A stretch of DNA of 64,000 nucleotides from a virus. A program made the position numbers and the translations under genes. The notes below the pieces were generated by a model. That model searched no databases, was not told the origin of the DNA, and worked only from the letters and a program-made list of their open reading frames with translations. The first letter of the stretch is position 1. Every line of letters begins with the position of its first letter. Of this stretch, positions 9,052 to 18,334 are shown one piece after another. Where the stretch lies: positions 64,001 through 128,000 of the IMG/VR virus record IMGVR_UViG_3300021963_000027; one strand, given 5' to 3'.

Positions 9052-9690
9052 ATGAAAAGATGGGGATATCGAAACGAGGAGGAGAAAGAGGAAAACAACT
9101 CAAATATACCGAATATCATCATAACATCTGCGAATGAAGAGCAAACCGTTGTTAATAGTGGTATTCGAGTCATTAATAATAAAATTTTGTTTTACGCTGA
9201 TATTGATGAAGGGTCTGTTTTGGAATTGAACCGTGTTTTGCTTGAACTGGATTGTAAATTACAGAGCATTAAAAGCTTTGATGATAATTATGAACCTATT
9301 ATCCATCTCCACCTTAATACCTTTGGAGGTGTTATTTTTGCAGCATTTTCTACTGTCGATACAATCCGTAGATTGAAATCCAAAGTCTATACGTATGTTG
9401 ATGGTAATACCGCATCCGCAGGAACTCTGATTAGTCTGAGTGGTTCTAAAAGATATATGGGACAACATGCTCATTTCCTCATTCACCAATTAAGTTCTGG
9501 TGTCTATGGTAAGTTCTCGGAAATGGAGGATGAAATCGCCACATGTACCAAATTGATGAAAGTTCTGAAAGATTTTTATAAAAAACACACCAAAGTTCCA
9601 ATGAAAAAATTGGATGAGCTTATGAAGCGAGATATTTGGTTGGATGCTCAAGAATGTCTTGATTATGGAATCATCGATGAAATTCTCTAA
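9052..9690 (+). CDS. clpP: ClpP-like serine protease
   Basis: IHLHLNTFGG, NTASAGTLI, HFLIHQ, DIWLDAQECLDYGIIDEI. Confidence 0.88.
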   Translation: MKRWGYRNEEEKEENNSNIPNIIITSANEEQTVVNSGIRVINNKILFYADIDEGSVLELNRVLLELDCKLQSIKSFDDNYEPIIHLHLNTFGGVIFAAFSTVDTIRRLKSKVYTYVDGNTASAGTLISLSGSKRYMGQHAHFLIHQLSSGVYGKFSEMEDEIATCTKLMKVLKDFYKKHTKVPMKKLDELMKRDIWLDAQECLDYGIIDEIL

Positions 9691-9794
9691 AAAAGGGGGT
9701 TGATTTTTTATCGGCTCGTGGCATATTTAGCGAAACGAACGATAAAAAAATAAAAGAAAAACGAGGGAAAGTAGAGGATAAGTAATAGACGATT

Positions 9795-10769
9795 ATGAGC
9801 ATTTTTGACGAGCAAGTTAGTAGAAAACCGAACAAATATCCATGGACAACACAATTTATTGAGGCTATGCATCAAGGATTTTGGACTGATAAGGAATTTA
9901 GTTTTAAAGCAGATTACCATCAATTCAAAACGATTTTGGATGATAAAGAACGAGAAATTATTGTCCGCACACTGTCGGCAATCGGACAGATTGAAGTAGC
10001 AGTGAAAACATTCTGGTCAAAGCTTGGGGAGAATCTTCCCCATCCATCTTTGTCTGATTTGGGATTTGTCATGGCAAATGTTGAAGTGATCCACAATAAT
10101 GCCTATGAGCGTCTTTTGGATGAACTCAACATGGAAGATATTTTTGAAGAAAACCTTAAACTTGAGTGGATTCAGGGTCGTGTCAAATATCTTAAAAAGT
10201 ATACGCATCGTTTTTATAAAGATTCCAAGAAACAATATCTTTATGCTTTGATTCTTTTCACTTTATTTGTCGAGAATGTTTCCCTGTTTAGCCAATTTTA
10301 TGTGATCAATTGGTTTGCTAAAAATAAAAATGTTCTCAAAGACACTGATCAACAAGTCCGTTATACACGGAATGAAGAAGCAATTCATGCAATGGTCGGT
10401 ATGAAAATTATCGATACAATTCGCGAAGAGCATCCAGAATTATTTGACAAAGAGCTAGAAGAGCGTATACTACACGAAGCAGAACAAGCTTTCATTGCTG
10501 AAAGTAAGATCATTGACTGGATGGTTAATGGTATTGAAGAAAAAGGTCTGTCAGCACCAATTTTGAAAGAATTTATCAAGAACAGAATAAATGAATCTTT
10601 GGTTGGAATTGGATTCCCTAAAGTATTTGAAATTGATACTGATCTTCTCGATGAGACATTTTGGTTCGATGAGCAAGTTCTCGCTCCAAACATGACAGAC
10701 TTTTTCCACTCAAGACCTGTTGAATACGCTAAAAACACACAATCTTACGACGAAGACGATTTATTTTAA
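9795..10769 (+). CDS. nrdB: Class I ribonucleotide reductase beta subunit
   Basis: QIEVAVKTFW, EVIHNNAY, VENVSLFSQF, NEEAIH, DFFHSRPVEY. Confidence 0.95.
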   Translation: MSIFDEQVSRKPNKYPWTTQFIEAMHQGFWTDKEFSFKADYHQFKTILDDKEREIIVRTLSAIGQIEVAVKTFWSKLGENLPHPSLSDLGFVMANVEVIHNNAYERLLDELNMEDIFEENLKLEWIQGRVKYLKKYTHRFYKDSKKQYLYALILFTLFVENVSLFSQFYVINWFAKNKNVLKDTDQQVRYTRNEEAIHAMVGMKIIDTIREEHPELFDKELEERILHEAEQAFIAESKIIDWMVNGIEEKGLSAPILKEFIKNRINESLVGIGFPKVFEIDTDLLDETFWFDEQVLAPNMTDFFHSRPVEYAKNTQSYDEDDLF

Positions 10770-10772
10770 TAT

Positions 10773-12425
10773 ATGACAAGAGAAAAATACTACTGGTTAA
10801 ACGAGGATTCCATTAAATTCTTGGAACAAGGTTATCTCCGCGAGGGACAATCTCCATTTGAGAGAATTCAAGAAATTGCTAATACTGCACAAAAAATACT
10901 TGGTATTGACGGGTTCGCTGATAAATTTATTGATTACATGTCTCGTGGCTTTTATAGCCTTTCTACTCCTGTATGGATGAATTTTGGTAACGAAAGAGGC
11001 AATCCTATTTCTTGTTTCAATTCTCATATTGGTGATAGTGTTGAAGATTTCCTAATTAAACAAGCTGAAGTGGGAATGATGACTAAAGTTGGCGGTGGAA
11101 CGTCTGGATATTTTGGAGACATTCGCCCAAGAGGATCTAAAATTTCTACTGGTGGTGTTGCAGAGGGTTCAATCCGATGCATGGAACTATTTGATAATGT
11201 GGCTAAGATCATTAGCCAAGGGAGCGCACGTAGAGGCAGTTTTGCGGCATACTTGCCGATTGACCATGGAGACTTCGATGAGTTGATGAAGATTCGCTCT
11301 GAGGGGCATTCTATTCAAGAGATGTCTATTGGTGTCACAATTCCAGAAGGATGGATGCAATCCATGGTTGATGGTGATAAAGAGAAAAGACGCAGATGGG
11401 CTTCAGTAATTAAGAAGCGTTCTGAGACTGGTTATCCTTATGTGTTCTTCACTGATAATGCCAATAATCAAGCTCCACAGGTTTACAAAGATAAAAAATA
11501 TAAAATCAATGCAAGTAACCTTTGTTCAGAGATTTTTCTACCATCGACTAAAGACGAATCTTTTGTTTGTTGCCTTTCATCTTTGAATTTGCTGTGGTGG
11601 GATGAAATTGAAAAGACAGATGCTGTTGAAACAATGGTGATGTTTTTGGATGCCGTTATGACGGAATTCATTGAAAAAACAAAAGGCAATCGCTTGATGG
11701 AAGCTGCTCATAATTTCGCTAAGAATCATCGTGCATTGGGCATGGGTGTTTTGGGTTATCATAGCTATCTTCAATCTAAAATGATTGCATGGGAAAGTAT
11801 GGACGCTCATTTTGAGAATATCGACATCTTCCACAAAATCCGCTTACGTGCTGATGAAGCAACGAAAGAACTCGCTACGATGTTTGGTGAGCCTGAAGTA
11901 TTGAAAGGTTATGGTCGTCGTAATACAACGACTATCGCTATTGCTCCTACTACAAGCTCCAGCTTTATTCTTGGTCAAGTGAGTCCTAGTATTGAACCTC
12001 TTAACAGTAATTACTTCGTCAAGAATCTTGCCAAAGGTCAATTCACTTATCGCAATCCAAAACTCGAAGAATTATTGAAATCTAAAGGTAAAGATGATAA
12101 AGAAATTTGGAAGAGTATTTTGATTCATGGTGGTAGCGTTCAACATCTCGACTTCCTCACGGAACATGAAAAGGATGTTTTCAAAACATTTGCAGAACTT
12201 TCCCAGAAAGAAGTTGTAACCCATGCTGCTCAAAGACAACCACATATCGATCAAGGACAATCTCTCAATTTGATGATTCCTGCTGGCACAAAACCAAAAG
12301 AAATTAATGAGTTGATGATCTTCGCATGGGAGCAAGGAATCAAATCTTTGTATTACCAACGTTCATCAAATCCTTCACAGGAATTGTCTAGATCGATTAT
12401 GACATGTAAATCTTGCGAGGGTTAA
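10773..12425 (+). CDS. nrdA: Class I ribonucleotide reductase alpha subunit (short form, no ATP cone)
   Basis: PISCF, SNLCSEI, CCLSS, IAPTTSSS, C-terminal CKSCEG. Confidence 0.95.
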   Translation: MTREKYYWLNEDSIKFLEQGYLREGQSPFERIQEIANTAQKILGIDGFADKFIDYMSRGFYSLSTPVWMNFGNERGNPISCFNSHIGDSVEDFLIKQAEVGMMTKVGGGTSGYFGDIRPRGSKISTGGVAEGSIRCMELFDNVAKIISQGSARRGSFAAYLPIDHGDFDELMKIRSEGHSIQEMSIGVTIPEGWMQSMVDGDKEKRRRWASVIKKRSETGYPYVFFTDNANNQAPQVYKDKKYKINASNLCSEIFLPSTKDESFVCCLSSLNLLWWDEIEKTDAVETMVMFLDAVMTEFIEKTKGNRLMEAAHNFAKNHRALGMGVLGYHSYLQSKMIAWESMDAHFENIDIFHKIRLRADEATKELATMFGEPEVLKGYGRRNTTTIAIAPTTSSSFILGQVSPSIEPLNSNYFVKNLAKGQFTYRNPKLEELLKSKGKDDKEIWKSILIHGGSVQHLDFLTEHEKDVFKTFAELSQKEVVTHAAQRQPHIDQGQSLNLMIPAGTKPKEINELMIFAWEQGIKSLYYQRSSNPSQELSRSIMTCKSCEG

Positions 12426-14015
12426 TTAACCCTTGACAGGTGTTTTCTTCTCGTGTAATTGCGCATAGGACTGAGCAACAGTGTTATGCGCATTTATTTT
12501 ATTTTTATGAGCATCTTTACGAACGTCTTCGTTTGATTCCATGAGTTTAAGAGGAATATTATTGAAATGGTGACTATGTGGATAAGTCACGATCAAATCA
12601 TGAGTTGCTTTAGCATAGACTGGATAAAATTCTCCAGCGATGTTACATTCACCGATTACCAATTGTCTGTCTTGATCGATGGCAAATTTACCAAACACTA
12701 CTGTATTTTCAGTTTGCTGCACTTCTAATGGCGCAGTAACGTGTTGAAGGTATGTTTCACCCTCTACTGCCAGTCCACCCCCTACAATTAAATTATTTTT
12801 AATTCCCATGGAAGATTCGACATACACTTGTCTATTTGTCCGAAGAATGATTGTCTTGAGGGATTGTATCTCGACATTGCTCTCTGATCCGATATTAATC
12901 CCATGAGAAGCATTCAAATTAATTTGTTTGAAACCACCTCGTAAAACAGTTCCTCCCATTTCAAAAGAACCAGTGGTTTTCATAGAAATACCACCAGAAC
13001 CCACGATTCTATTGAAAGAATTTCCGACAATTACGTGATCCTTACCACAAGGAAAATTAGAAGAATTATCAACTTCTTCGACTAGAGGAACATAATCATG
13101 ATTTTTATAAATCCCTTTATCGGATACTAACATTTCAAATGGTTGACTTCTACCCTTTTCATCAATACGAACTGATGGGAAATCATTGAAGACTGCTCCA
13201 ATTGTTTCAAATTTATTTCTTTTGGTGATGAGATGTTCATCACCACCATCACCCATTTTTTCTTCAATCTTGGTTAATTGTTCCTGAGCATCTAAAAATT
13301 GTTTATCGATGTCCAATGCATCTTGATCTTTATCCCATTCACCATTTTCCGTTGCAGCAGATTTGGAAGCACCAAATTCTAAAACACCTGGAGCTTGAGA
13401 TCCAGCACCACCAGCACTTTTTTCAATATTTTCAAGAGTAATTGATTCTTCTTTGGCTGATTTTCCACTTCTCTCAGTAACAGGAACATACGTAGCCACT
13501 TCATCAAATTTTGATGTTCTATAAGGTGTTTTAGTATATCCTTTGAATTTATTTTCAACTACAAATACCTTGGAACCGATGACAGGGTTATCATCACGAC
13601 TTCCCGATGGTGAATTGGATACACCATTAGGCAATGATAAACCACCTCTTTTTATTTTAAATTTTGAATTGTTATCAGCAATAGGTTTAACCAAATCTTT
13701 CCACTCTTGGAATGCTTGAATTTCTGATTCATCTATAAATCCTTTGTAATTATAAACCGTGCCACCAACTCTTTCATTTTTTCCACCTACTACAAATTCA
13801 CTGGAATCTCCTTTTATAGTATCAAATTTATCATTCAATACTAAAGTTTGTTTATTATTTGTCGCAAATTCAGAATTCGATACATTGTTCAGTAGAATAT
13901 TACTACCTGATCTTTGAGAAATATGTAGAGATTCATTATCAGTTGTATTGTTGATAACAATCGCTCCACCTCTTTGGTTTAACACTGTGCGGTTTCTATA
14001 TTTCTTTTTAGACAT
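12426..14015 (-). CDS. Probable baseplate spike, gp5 C-terminal-like beta-repeat part
   Basis: GAIVINN..ESLHISQRSGSNILL start typical of gp5/VgrG C regions; lies directly after the gp5 OB-fold ORF. Confidence 0.6.
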   Translation of the reverse strand: MSKKKYRNRTVLNQRGGAIVINNTTDNESLHISQRSGSNILLNNVSNSEFATNNKQTLVLNDKFDTIKGDSSEFVVGGKNERVGGTVYNYKGFIDESEIQAFQEWKDLVKPIADNNSKFKIKRGGLSLPNGVSNSPSGSRDDNPVIGSKVFVVENKFKGYTKTPYRTSKFDEVATYVPVTERSGKSAKEESITLENIEKSAGGAGSQAPGVLEFGASKSAATENGEWDKDQDALDIDKQFLDAQEQLTKIEEKMGDGGDEHLITKRNKFETIGAVFNDFPSVRIDEKGRSQPFEMLVSDKGIYKNHDYVPLVEEVDNSSNFPCGKDHVIVGNSFNRIVGSGGISMKTTGSFEMGGTVLRGGFKQINLNASHGINIGSESNVEIQSLKTIILRTNRQVYVESSMGIKNNLIVGGGLAVEGETYLQHVTAPLEVQQTENTVVFGKFAIDQDRQLVIGECNIAGEFYPVYAKATHDLIVTYPHSHHFNNIPLKLMESNEDVRKDAHKNKINAHNTVAQSYAQLHEKKTPVKG

Positions 14016-14017
14016 AA

Positions 14018-14743
14018 TTAATTTTCAAAATCGGAAGGGTAGTAAGGGGAAATATTGGATTCGTTATCGGTTCTATTGATAAGTGTAAGGCTTCTATAAT
14101 CTTGAATAACTCCGAAATAAACGGGGAAATTCAAATCACCCATATAATGGAAAACCCATACTTTAGAACCAACTTCAGGAACGCCCATTAGTCCTTTTGT
14201 TTTATTACTAAATTTTTGTGATTTGTAACCAAATGAATATGTATTACACTTCACAGAGAATGCATCAATTGGTTTATTGAAAGCGTCTCCCATGATAGTA
14301 TCTTTGTTTTCATAGATAAATGCTGGTGAGAATGATCCTGTTTGTAATGTTGGGGGTTCTTCATCATTCACTCGAAACCCTTCTTCATAATTACAATCAG
14401 AAATAGTTGAAATACTATCTTCGTCATTTTGGTAATATCGAGCATTTCCCGATTCACCGATTATTGGATAACATGGTTCTGCCCATGGGATGGTATTGGC
14501 TATTTCTTTGAATATTGCAATGTCATTCCAATTATCAGTTGGATTATTAACACCTGCAATTTTAACATTAATCTCATCGTATTCTTCAAACCAATTATCA
14601 AAAGGTTGGTTGGATAATTCGGGAATGTAAATTTTTACTCTATTCAATTTCAAAGGGTCATCGTTCTTTACGACAATACCACTATAAAATGATTCATCAG
14701 TTCTTTTAGATTCTACACCAGAACCACTACCCCTATTAAACAT
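14018..14743 (-). CDS. gp5: Baseplate hub gp5 N-terminal OB-fold protein
   Basis: GIVVKNDDPLKLNRVKIYIP..WAEP..GVPEVGSKVWVF...PVYFG. Confidence 0.8.
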   Translation of the reverse strand: MFNRGSGSGVESKRTDESFYSGIVVKNDDPLKLNRVKIYIPELSNQPFDNWFEEYDEINVKIAGVNNPTDNWNDIAIFKEIANTIPWAEPCYPIIGESGNARYYQNDEDSISTISDCNYEEGFRVNDEEPPTLQTGSFSPAFIYENKDTIMGDAFNKPIDAFSVKCNTYSFGYKSQKFSNKTKGLMGVPEVGSKVWVFHYMGDLNFPVYFGVIQDYRSLTLINRTDNESNISPYYPSDFEN

Positions 14744-14759
14744 ATTATTATTTAAGAGA

Positions 14760-14786
14760 AAAGCACACGAATCAACCGTGTGCTTT
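14760..14786 (-). terminator. Intrinsic terminator
   Basis: 10-bp stem AAAGCACACG/CGTGTGCTTT downstream of 14819..15271. Confidence 0.7.
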
Positions 14787-14818
14787 CATATATAAATAAA
14801 GAATAAGAGTGCTTATTA

Positions 14819-15271
14819 TTAATATCCTAGCAATCTCTTTCTACGAGTATCAGGAGTAGATACAGAGAATGTTTCAGAGAATGCTGATGTTGGAACAGTT
14901 GCAACAGAACTCAGGAATGGGAACACGGAATATGAACCATCAGTATTCACGATAGCCATTTGAGTATTGTGAAGCGATGCTGGAATATTGAACACTGAAC
15001 CAAGAACATTCACTGTAACACTTGGATAAGCGGTGAGGGAGAATGCAGATGCAGTATTAACAGTGGAACCTACTGAAAATTGAACAGGATCGAATGCTAG
15101 ACCCACATCAGTAGTGGATAGAGAAACTACGCCTACTTGTCTAGTGGCGACGACCACATTAGCACCAGATAGGAATGTAACACCTGTTGCAGAGAGTGTT
15201 GTGTTGGTAAGATTAGGACTACCAGTTTTTTCAGCGGACAGAAGGTTTTGTTGGAACGTAAAAATGCTCAT
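14819..15271 (-). CDS. Probable capsid-associated (decoration-type) protein
   Basis: S/T/V-rich beta-like ORF right after gp23 with its own TAAATA 5 nt before ATG 15271. Confidence 0.5.
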   Translation of the reverse strand: MSIFTFQQNLLSAEKTGSPNLTNTTLSATGVTFLSGANVVVATRQVGVVSLSTTDVGLAFDPVQFSVGSTVNTASAFSLTAYPSVTVNVLGSVFNIPASLHNTQMAIVNTDGSYSVFPFLSSVATVPTSAFSETFSVSTPDTRRKRLLGY

Positions 15272-15343
15272 GTTATTATTTAGCAAAATTGATCAAATTT
15301 TAGAAATTACGAAAAAGATATTATGGATACATATAAAAACGAG

Positions 15344-15375
15344 GAAACCCGATGCTCTTCGGTGCATCGGGTTTC
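15344..15375 (-). terminator. Intrinsic terminator after gp23
   Basis: 12-bp stem GAAACCCGATGC/GCATCGGGTTTC, T-tract follows on the minus strand. Confidence 0.85.
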
Positions 15376-15410
15376 ATAAATTTGATTAGCGTGTCTGCTA
15401 AGAGTTAGAC

Positions 15411-16898
15411 TTACAGGTAAGTGCTAACAGAACCAGGAGTAAACGCAGTACCAAGACCTTTGACAATGATCAGGTGATAATAAAGATTAGCACCGAAGAT
15501 ATTGTTTACGATACCATAACGGGTCATGAGTCCAACGCGAGGAGCGAAATCATTCGGTCCAATTGTGCGTTGCACCATAATCGGGATGTATGGGCAGTAA
15601 ATAATACCTGTGTCATAGTATTCAGAACCTTTGTAACCCAACAGAGCATACTCAACACCGCCACTGGTTTGACCAGTGTAGGGAGTGCCATAAAGGTTAG
15701 TGTTCTGAACTTCAGTCCGAGTATCACGATAAACCGTCCAGCGGCTACCAACCGTACCAACTTTAGCAATACCTACACCAGCCGTGGAAACAGTTCCATT
15801 AACTTCAAAAACTTTGAAGTCAGGAAGCATTTCAAGGATGCTGCAAACACGAGGAGTTGCGATAACAAAGTTAGCAGCACCTCTACGGTTACGAGCAGCC
15901 ATACGACCACTTTCGATAAGCAAACGTTGATAGAAGGTAAGGTTTCTTTCAGCAGTCCAACGACCATCCGCACTAACAGGACTCCAGATGGAGAAACCTG
16001 CGCCAGCACCAGCATTGAAAGCGGTTTGGATCATACGCATCACAACTTCACGGTCGATCTCAGCTTGGATCTCATACGACATTGCATTCGTAAGTTCTCC
16101 ATCGATATCGATACCGTTCATGTTTTTGATGTCTTGTTCCAACTCTACACTCCAACGAGTTGCAAGTCTACGTGTTCCAGCTTCAACAGCAGTTTTGTCA
16201 AACTTGAGTTCGATTTGAGGGATTTTACCCGTCAATTCGTAGTTGCTCAAGAGTTCAGCAATACCACGGTCTTGATCTGCGAATGTCCAGTGTTCGGTGT
16301 TACCCGAAAGGAATGCAGCAGATGTGCCAGTGAAACGTGTGTCCAGAAGTTGATAACCAAGTTCGTCGGAGGTATTAGAACCAATGGTTCCAAGACCAGC
16401 ACTACCAGTGTAAGCAGCTTTAAGCTGACTACCAAAGGAAGAACCAGTTCCGCCTTGAGAAGCGTATCCATCGATACCACCATCGCTCAGAGTATCACCT
16501 TGATAGGCATAACGGAGAGCGAAAGCAAGACCAACAGGTCCGCCCATAGGCTGAACGCCAACAATTTCGTTGGAAATCAATTCAGGGAAAGTGCGTCGAA
16601 TCATAGGAATCAGAATCTTTGGCAAACGAGCATCACCTGAAGCATAGGAGTCGCTGTTAGCGATACCTGGAACTCCAGTTGGTTGCAAAGTTGCACCAAA
16701 AACGCCGTTACTACCAGCGTTATTCGATTCTTGAAAGCACCACTGTTCTTGGTTCTCAAGCAGCATAGCGGTAGTCTTGTAAACGTGTTCGTTCTGGATA
16801 GCAGGAATCGAGTTCGAGCTATAGTCCAGCACTTTACGCCATTTAGCGACTGCGCGTTGCATTTTTGAGCCATTTAAATCAGTTTGTGGGATATTCAT
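15411..16898 (-). CDS. gp23: Major capsid protein
   Basis: LIPMIRRTFPELISNEIVGVQPMGGPVGLAFALRY, RRLATRWSVELEQD, YCPYIP, PRVGLMTRYG. Confidence 0.97.
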   Translation of the reverse strand: MNIPQTDLNGSKMQRAVAKWRKVLDYSSNSIPAIQNEHVYKTTAMLLENQEQWCFQESNNAGSNGVFGATLQPTGVPGIANSDSYASGDARLPKILIPMIRRTFPELISNEIVGVQPMGGPVGLAFALRYAYQGDTLSDGGIDGYASQGGTGSSFGSQLKAAYTGSAGLGTIGSNTSDELGYQLLDTRFTGTSAAFLSGNTEHWTFADQDRGIAELLSNYELTGKIPQIELKFDKTAVEAGTRRLATRWSVELEQDIKNMNGIDIDGELTNAMSYEIQAEIDREVVMRMIQTAFNAGAGAGFSIWSPVSADGRWTAERNLTFYQRLLIESGRMAARNRRGAANFVIATPRVCSILEMLPDFKVFEVNGTVSTAGVGIAKVGTVGSRWTVYRDTRTEVQNTNLYGTPYTGQTSGGVEYALLGYKGSEYYDTGIIYCPYIPIMVQRTIGPNDFAPRVGLMTRYGIVNNIFGANLYYHLIIVKGLGTAFTPGSVSTYL

Positions 16899-16960
16899 AT
16901 ATATTTGACTTTCTATTCACATTTGTTCAGGAATTAATTCCTCATAGTGCGGGGTGGAAA

Positions 16961-17845
16961 TTATCTTCTGAATTCCATCGTTTGAAGGACACTCAGATAA
17001 GGATTATTTTCCTCTACATCATTACTTACCTTTTCCGTGATAATTTTTTGATTTTTCACGAAATCTGGCTTATGTTTACGATTTTGTAGAGCTTCTTCCT
17101 TGATTACTTCAAGTTGTTTCTTCTCTTGTTTTTCAAAAAGACGCACTGTGTAATCGAAATTTTCTTTGATAAAGGTAAGAGACTTGTCACCAAGAGCTTT
17201 CTTAATGAAGTTCTTTTTAGATTCAGGATACTTGGAAGTCTTACCTTCGAGGAAGAGTTTAACTTGTGTGTTATTTTTCTCTTCAGTGATAACTTTGAGA
17301 TTGCTCTTCAAAGAAGCGTTCTCATTACGAAGTTTATCCAATTCAGTTTTACCTTGTAGAATTGCATCGGAAACAGATTCTTTCATGACAGCAGAATCAA
17401 TTGCAAACACTCTGCGAAGATTTTCCAGAACACTCATGGCAGTTTTATTCTTAACTGCTTGCTCAATATCTTTAGCAGGAATGGATTCACTCAAAAATTC
17501 TTCCAAATAAGCACTAACAGATTCAGTGAGTTGTTTTTTGAATCTGATCAGATCACTTTGTTGTTCTCTTTCGTATTTCTTAACAACTTTAACCAATTTG
17601 GCAGTCTTATCTCTATCGAAAGCTTCCATCAATTTTTTCATTTTGATGGTGCGATCTTTATCGAGAGATTCCATAACTGATCCCAATTTAGCAGCATACA
17701 CTTCATCCTGTTCAACCAATGCAGCTTCAACTGCAAGATCTACTTTAGCTTCCAAAGCTTTTTGGATAGCATTAACGGATTCGTCGGAAAGACCGAGACT
17801 TTTTTGAACGTCTTCAGAGAAAAGATTCTGTTTGTTTTTCTTCAT
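16961..17845 (-). CDS. gp22: Prohead core scaffold
   Basis: Coiled-coil ORF between gp21 and gp23; LTESVSAYLEE, ENFDYTVRLF. Confidence 0.85.
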   Translation of the reverse strand: MKKNKQNLFSEDVQKSLGLSDESVNAIQKALEAKVDLAVEAALVEQDEVYAAKLGSVMESLDKDRTIKMKKLMEAFDRDKTAKLVKVVKKYEREQQSDLIRFKKQLTESVSAYLEEFLSESIPAKDIEQAVKNKTAMSVLENLRRVFAIDSAVMKESVSDAILQGKTELDKLRNENASLKSNLKVITEEKNNTQVKLFLEGKTSKYPESKKNFIKKALGDKSLTFIKENFDYTVRLFEKQEKKQLEVIKEEALQNRKHKPDFVKNQKIITEKVSNDVEENNPYLSVLQTMEFRR

Positions 17846-17882
17846 AATATTATTTAGAGATTTGATATAACTTTTTTATGTT

Positions 17883-18326
17883 TTAGAACAAAGGTTTTTC
17901 AATTTCTTGAGAAATTTTCTCTTGAATCTTTTTATTGATGGTATCTTTCAAATATTTATGAGCTTTAGCATGGTCTTCAGTCATGATAGCTTCGATAAAT
18001 TTGATGATAGATGCTGACTCGTTGAGTTCTTTTTTAAGTGTTTTTTGGAGTCCTCCTTTTAATTTATTTTGTTTCGGAGGAGATAATTTTTTACCTTTAT
18101 TTTCTTCACGCATACGCTTCAGATCAGCTTTTTTTACTTCGCTTGTTTCATCTTTTTTAAATTCAGCATCTTCTTCAGGTGGCTTATTCTTACGATTATA
18201 AGAACCTTTACCTTTTTCGGCTTTATGCTTCTGTGTAGAAGGTGCGAAAGCTTTACGATCCTTCACTTTAGGACCATCTAAAGTAACCTTTCCTTCTTTT
18301 TTCATATCTTTAAATGTTTTACCCAT
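17883..18326 (-). CDS. Basic protein: ArfA-like motif plus C-terminal prohead-core (gp67-like) helix
   Basis: KGKGSYNRKNK at aa 38-48; C-terminus FIEAIMTEDHAKAHKYLKDTINKKIQEKISQEIEKPLF; TAAATA 5 nt upstream. Confidence 0.65.
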   Translation of the reverse strand: MGKTFKDMKKEGKVTLDGPKVKDRKAFAPSTQKHKAEKGKGSYNRKNKPPEEDAEFKKDETSEVKKADLKRMREENKGKKLSPPKQNKLKGGLQKTLKKELNESASIIKFIEAIMTEDHAKAHKYLKDTINKKIQEKISQEIEKPLF

Positions 18327-18334
18327 ATTATTAT

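Noticed and set aside
12418-12433. 16-bp perfect palindrome AGGGTTAATTAACCCT
   Set aside because: It is explained by two convergent genes that both end in Gly-TAA and abut with no spacer
15474-16640. 388-aa plus-strand ORF and other long antisense ORFs (40177..40746, 40846..41556, 26552..27130)
   Set aside because: They lie antisense to highly conserved genes (gp23, nadV, gp20), show no motifs or promoters, and are explained by codon bias of the real gene
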